From sequence record DRR723986_9826: a DNA stretch of 35,014 bases; one strand, written 5' to 3'. Every line of letters starts with the position of its first letter. Position 1 is the stretch's first letter. This document shows positions 30,092 to 35,014 of the stretch, piece by piece. The translations under genes were made by a program, and so were the position numbers. Under the pieces are notes generated by a model. That model was not told the origin of the DNA. It saw only the letters and a program-made list of their open reading frames with translations, and ran no database searches.

Positions 30092-30780
30092 GATTGGACT
30101 CTCCTCGGCTGCGCCGGTGGCTGTGCAGATTGCGTCCGAGTAGCGGAAACACTCCGTGCATTTTCAAAGGATCGTCCATGATCCATTTCAATTCCGGCCG
30201 ATGCAGGCATGTTGTTCCTGCCAAGGCTGGCGTATTGAATGAATGTCGACTTGCTGGCTGGCTTCGCTTTAGCCAACGCCGAGTGGCTTTAGGCAGAATG
30301 GGCGGAATGACAGGAAAACCCACACGAATTACCCAGGCGCTTTAGCTTAAAAAGCCTGACAGAGGAACTTTTGACGCCGCAGCGCGATGACCTCAGATGC
30401 GAGTTACACGGTCTTGAGGTTGTTCTTGAGGCGGAGAATTCCCCCAAGATGTCGGCTTTAAGCGCGGCCTGCGTCCTGAATGCCGATTTGTTGGCAGGAC
30501 AGCTGCGAAGCCGCGTTGCAAGCATTGGAAACGTACCCGAGTTGACGCTTTGGCCAATCGCTTGTCGAATCGAGAACACTAGAACGAACGCTATACTCTG
30601 CGCAATCGGAAATCTTTCTGTATTGCTAACTTCTTCACACGCAATTGACGAAGTCAGATACTGTGGGCGTTTTGGACGTCCGCAGTTGGAGTCGGTCTGT
30701 TCGGACGAACCAGTTGCGGCCGGCGCGGCAATCCGACAAAACGTATTCTTCTCCCGGTACCAATAAGCGAATTGAACACA

Positions 30781-33246
30781 ATGAATTTGTCACTCGCAGG
30801 CACAGATGAAGTTTCCTTGGCAGACCTTGGATCGCTTGGCGAAGAGGTGCAGCGACACCTCAGTTACACTTTGGGGCACCGCCCTGACCAAGCAGATGAT
30901 CGATATCTGTTCCGCGCCTTGGCGATTGCTGTCCGCGATCGGTTGGTAGGACAATGGGTTGAAACACAAGAGCGTTTGTCATCCAAAGCGAAGCGTAAGG
31001 TCTACTACCTTTCGCTAGAGTTCTTGATTGGACGTTCGCTGAGTAATGCGGTGCACAATTTAGATCTGTCCGACGATACGCGTCGCGCATTGCATAACTA
31101 CGGCACGACGTTAGAAGAGCTTGCCGAAGTTGAGCTAGACGCTGGCCTGGGTAATGGAGGCCTCGGACGTTTGGCGGCTTGTTTCTTAGACAGTTGCGCC
31201 AACTTGCAACTTCCCGTGCTTGGCTACGGAATTCGATACGAGTACGGCATGTTCCACCAGCGGATTGAAGGTGGACGTCAGGTCGAAGAACCTGATCATT
31301 GGTTGCGAGACGGAAATCCATGGGAGATTGAACGCCCCGAGGACACACGACTGGTGCACTTCTACGGGCGAAGTGAGTTGTACTACGATGCCGAGGGTGT
31401 GCATCACAGCCGTTGGGTTGATACGCAGCCTGTTGCGGCGGTGCCTTACGATATGCCGATTCCAGGCTTCCGCAATGAAACGGTCAATACGTTGCGTCTG
31501 TGGAAGTCTACTGCGACTGATGAATTCAATCTGGAAGAATTCAACGCAGGCGGATACTCCGAAGCGGTTGCAGCGAAGAACCTGGCCGAACAAATTTCGA
31601 TGGTTCTTTATCCGAATGACGCCAGCGAGAACGGTAAAGAACTCCGTTTGAAGCAGCAGTACTTCCTGGTTTCTGCCAGCTTACAAGATGTTATTGCAAA
31701 GTGGATCGCGGATAACGGTGAAGATCTAACCGAATTCGGTGAAGCCAATTGCTTCCAGCTCAACGACACGCACCCAGCCTGTGCGGTGCCAGAGCTGATG
31801 CGATTGCTGATGGATGAACATGGAATGAGCTGGGATGCAGCTTGGAAGGTCACAACGCGCTGTATGGCGTACACCAACCACACGCTCCTTCCGGAAGCTC
31901 TAGAGCGATGGTCGGTTTCACTGTTCAGCCGCCTATTGCCACGTCTGACTGAGATCATCTTCGAAATCAATCGCCGCTTCCTCAAGGAAGTAGATGCCAA
32001 GTGGCCCGGCGATGACGACTACAAGCGAGAGTTGTCGATCATCGAAGAAGGCGACAATCCTCACATCCGTATGGCATACCTGGCAATCGTTGGCAGCTTT
32101 AGTGTCAATGGTGTCGCTGCCCTTCACACCCGATTGCTTCGCAGCGGTCTGTTCTCCAGCTTCAACGAGTTGTGGCCAGAGAAGTTCAACAATAAGACCA
32201 ATGGCGTTACCCAGCGTCGATGGCTCGCACACTGCAATCCAGCCCTTCGCGATCTGATCTGCGATGCGATTGGAGACGGCTGGGAAAAAGACTTGAGCGA
32301 GATTGAGCAGCTCAAGCCACTGGCCGCCGATGCCAGCTTCCGCGAAAAGTGGGCGGAGGTGAAGCACCAGAATAAACTGCGGTTGAGCGACTACATCTAC
32401 AGCAATACAGGTGTACGCTTCCAAGATAACGCAATTTTTGACGTTCAAGTGAAACGGATTCACGAGTACAAGCGGCAACTGCTCAACGTGATGCACGTCA
32501 TTCACTTGTATGACCGCATCTGCCGCGGCGATACAACCGGAATGGCTCCACGATGCGTATTGATCGGCGGCAAGGCTGCTCCGGGGTACTACGTTGCTAA
32601 GGTTATCGTCAAGCTGATCAACAACGTGGCTTCGATTGTCAATTCTGATCCGCGAGCGGATGGATTGCTGAAGCTCGTCTTCCTGCCAAACTACCGCGTA
32701 TCTGCCATGGAAGTCATTTGCCCAGGTACCGAACTGTCGGAGCAGATCTCCACGGCAGGCAAGGAAGCGTCGGGGACGGGCAACATGAAATTCATGATGA
32801 ACGGTGCTCTGACGATCGGCACACTTGACGGTGCGAACATTGAGATTCGCGAGAAGGCCGGTGAAGAGAACTTCTTCCTCTTCGGGCTCAATGCCGCCGA
32901 AGTGGTTGAAACTCGCAAGGCATACGATCCAAACCAGCTCATCGCTGAAGACACCGACATCCGCCGCATCATGGAACTGCTCGAAAGTGGGCATTTCAAT
33001 GCTGGTGAGCCCGGCATTATTGATGTGTTGACGACTGGCCTGCGGAATCCTGCAGACCAATGGCTAACCATTGCAGATTTGCGATCGTTCATCGACGCCC
33101 AAAATGACGTGTCGACGGCGTATCACGATCAGACAAAGTGGAATACGATGTCGATCATCAACTCCGCAACAAGCGGTTGGTTTTCAAGCGACCGAACGAT
33201 TTCACAATACGCGAGTGAAATCTGGGGGGTTGAGGCAGTTAAGTAA
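30781..33246 (+). CDS. glgP: Glycogen/maltodextrin phosphorylase
   Basis: LGNGGLGRLAACFLDS, QLNDTHP, KRIHEYKRQ and the PLP-lysine motif EASGTGNMKF. Confidence 0.97.
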   Translation: MNLSLAGTDEVSLADLGSLGEEVQRHLSYTLGHRPDQADDRYLFRALAIAVRDRLVGQWVETQERLSSKAKRKVYYLSLEFLIGRSLSNAVHNLDLSDDTRRALHNYGTTLEELAEVELDAGLGNGGLGRLAACFLDSCANLQLPVLGYGIRYEYGMFHQRIEGGRQVEEPDHWLRDGNPWEIERPEDTRLVHFYGRSELYYDAEGVHHSRWVDTQPVAAVPYDMPIPGFRNETVNTLRLWKSTATDEFNLEEFNAGGYSEAVAAKNLAEQISMVLYPNDASENGKELRLKQQYFLVSASLQDVIAKWIADNGEDLTEFGEANCFQLNDTHPACAVPELMRLLMDEHGMSWDAAWKVTTRCMAYTNHTLLPEALERWSVSLFSRLLPRLTEIIFEINRRFLKEVDAKWPGDDDYKRELSIIEEGDNPHIRMAYLAIVGSFSVNGVAALHTRLLRSGLFSSFNELWPEKFNNKTNGVTQRRWLAHCNPALRDLICDAIGDGWEKDLSEIEQLKPLAADASFREKWAEVKHQNKLRLSDYIYSNTGVRFQDNAIFDVQVKRIHEYKRQLLNVMHVIHLYDRICRGDTTGMAPRCVLIGGKAAPGYYVAKVIVKLINNVASIVNSDPRADGLLKLVFLPNYRVSAMEVICPGTELSEQISTAGKEASGTGNMKFMMNGALTIGTLDGANIEIREKAGEENFFLFGLNAAEVVETRKAYDPNQLIAEDTDIRRIMELLESGHFNAGEPGIIDVLTTGLRNPADQWLTIADLRSFIDAQNDVSTAYHDQTKWNTMSIINSATSGWFSSDRTISQYASEIWGVEAVK

Positions 33247-33453
33247 GTGTTTACCGCTTGGGTTGCTTGGGGAACTGCCAGTGCTGCAGCCGCCAGGCCA
33301 AACCTTCTGCTGCTGATTCAAAACGTGGACTCAGGCAATTGGCAATTTGCTCGCCAGTTGCTCTGATAGAGGCTGGCGCCGCGCGGTGTCATCGTCCCGC
33401 TTTGAAGCGGCCTAATGCCTGAGAACAATCAGTTTGACCGAAGAGATTGAACG

Positions 33454-34956
33454 TTGAAGAATCGAGCTTCTGGCGTACTGCTCCATATCTCCAGTCTGCC
33501 AGGGCGCTATGGCGTCGGTGACCTAGGAGATGGCGCACGAAAATGTGTCGATTTTCTCCAGCTAGCTGGTCAAACCGTTTGGCAAATGCTGCCACTGGGG
33601 CCGACGACTCAATGCGACTCGCCCTACAGTTGCTATTCCGCGTTCGCGGGTAATCCGCTGCTGATCAGCCCCGAAGATTTAGTGGCTGATGGAATCTTGA
33701 CCGAAGATGACCTAGCCACAATTCACGTCAACGGCCAAGCGGCTTCGACGCAAGCGAACTACCCTTTCGCTTCGTCGTCCAAAACCGCCCTGCTCAAGCG
33801 AGCCTTCGATCGTTTTCTAGATACCAGCAGTTGCCATGCGCTGGACGGATTCGAAGCCTACTGCGCAAAGAACCGCTGGTGGCTGGACGATTTTGCGCTG
33901 TTCGCAGCGTTGATGAAACATCTGGGTACCGACTACTGGCCATCTTGGCCGGAAGGGTTGGTTCGACGCGATTCGCGGACGATGGGCGAATACCGAAATC
34001 AATTGGCCCGAGAGGTTGAGTTCGAGCAATTCGTCCAGTACTTGTTCTCGCGGCAATGGCAACGACTAAAAAGCTATGCCAATGAGCGAGGTGTCAAGTT
34101 GTTCGGCGACATGCCGATCTTCGTCGCCCACGGTAGTGCGGACGTTTGGGCAAACCAATCCATCTTTGCACTGCAGCCCACCGGCGAACCGAAGTTGATT
34201 GCTGGCGTCCCACCGGATTACTTCAGTAAGACAGGTCAGCTCTGGGGTAACCCATTGTATGACTGGCAGCGACTGGCCGACACGAACTATGCGTGGTGGA
34301 CGCAGCGTCTGAGAGTCGCGTTCGAGTATTTTGACCTGCTCCGAATTGACCACTTTCGCGGCTTTGAAGCTTACTGGGAAGTGCCTTATGGAGCAAAGAC
34401 GGCTGTCGGTGGGCGATGGGTTAAGGGGCCAGGCACGTTGCCCTTTGATGCCGCTCGAGCTGAACTTGGGCATCTACCGATTATTGCCGAAGACCTGGGC
34501 TTGATTACCGATGAAGTGCACGCCCTGCGCGAGGCGCTCGCGTTTCCTGGCATGCGTGTTCTCCAGTTTGGTTTTGATTCGCAGGACGACCATTTTCACC
34601 GCCCCGAAACCTACCCAGAAGACAGTGTTGCCTATACCGGAACACATGACAATTCAACTATCGTGGGTTGGCTGAACGATCGGAAGAATCGAGCCGACGA
34701 CCCGCTGCGTGGGTATCTGGAGCCGCCAAGTGCCACGCAAATGCCCTACCACTGGCAAATGATATCGATGGTGATGCGATCTCGCTCGCAGTTGGCGATC
34801 GTCCCGATGCAAGACGTGTTAGGACTGGACGATTCAGCCCGCATGAATGTTCCGGGGCTTGCGCAGGGCAACTGGGGTTGGAGACTTGGCCCCGATGGAT
34901 TCTCCCCCGATGCCGCCGATCGACTCAATATGCTGGTAGTTGCATCGGACCGTTGA
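33454..34956 (+). CDS. malQ: 4-alpha-glucanotransferase (amylomaltase, GH77)
   Basis: RASGVLLHISSLP, GVPPDYFSKTGQLWGNP, RIDHFRGF, IAEDLG and YTGTHDN motifs. Confidence 0.96.
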   Translation: MKNRASGVLLHISSLPGRYGVGDLGDGARKCVDFLQLAGQTVWQMLPLGPTTQCDSPYSCYSAFAGNPLLISPEDLVADGILTEDDLATIHVNGQAASTQANYPFASSSKTALLKRAFDRFLDTSSCHALDGFEAYCAKNRWWLDDFALFAALMKHLGTDYWPSWPEGLVRRDSRTMGEYRNQLAREVEFEQFVQYLFSRQWQRLKSYANERGVKLFGDMPIFVAHGSADVWANQSIFALQPTGEPKLIAGVPPDYFSKTGQLWGNPLYDWQRLADTNYAWWTQRLRVAFEYFDLLRIDHFRGFEAYWEVPYGAKTAVGGRWVKGPGTLPFDAARAELGHLPIIAEDLGLITDEVHALREALAFPGMRVLQFGFDSQDDHFHRPETYPEDSVAYTGTHDNSTIVGWLNDRKNRADDPLRGYLEPPSATQMPYHWQMISMVMRSRSQLAIVPMQDVLGLDDSARMNVPGLAQGNWGWRLGPDGFSPDAADRLNMLVVASDR

Positions 34957-35014
34957 ACGAAGCCAGATAGAGCTTTCCCTGATAAGCTAGTGCGAGTCGC
35001 ACGGACGTATAGCG

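Noticed and set aside
30371..30766. Intergenic ORFs (also 14668-15009, 21970-22380, 13720-14037, 26232-26570)
   Set aside because: No convincing RBS, motifs or protein-like composition; small genes cannot be fully excluded
31933..33060. 375-aa antisense ORF, and similar shadow ORFs such as 28512-29516, 607-1266 and 27332-27955
   Set aside because: They lie fully opposite well-conserved genes, have no recognisable motifs, and are explained by codon bias

Overview
A 35 kb bacterial chromosomal window. The gene content points to a planctomycete (Pirellulaceae-like); this is inferred from the DUF11/OmcB-like lipoprotein, DPF-tailed PQQ beta-propeller, Zn-ribbon/STN-like membrane protein, PEP-CTERM protein and EfpL-type EF-P. 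From left to right it holds: a minus-strand SUF Fe-S operon (SufR-like regulator, sufC, sufB, sufD, Rieske ferredoxin) with a perfect palindromic operator candidate; a PQQ-repeat protein and a membrane protein; a PEP-CTERM protein; a coupled YhaO/YhaN (Mre11/Rad50-like) pair; a TerB-like protein; a DUF11 lipoprotein; a 2-Cys peroxiredoxin; a GH50/agarase-like secreted protein; MazG-like, PIG-L and HMA-lipoprotein genes; pdxA; a DUF151 nuclease; a Zn-ribbon membrane protein; efpL/yeiP; ftsK; and glgP-malQ. I found no CRISPR array, tRNA, rRNA, transposase or integrase. The best lead for an unusual system is the YhaO/YhaN pair: the Mre11-like subunit has lost canonical catalytic and metal ligands, and the SMC-like subunit has a two-helix membrane hairpin where Rad50 has its zinc hook. 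Other leads are a shared bipartite intergenic motif, several structured intergenic RNA candidates and active-site variants in several enzymes. All family calls come from motif recognition by eye; no database searches were run.
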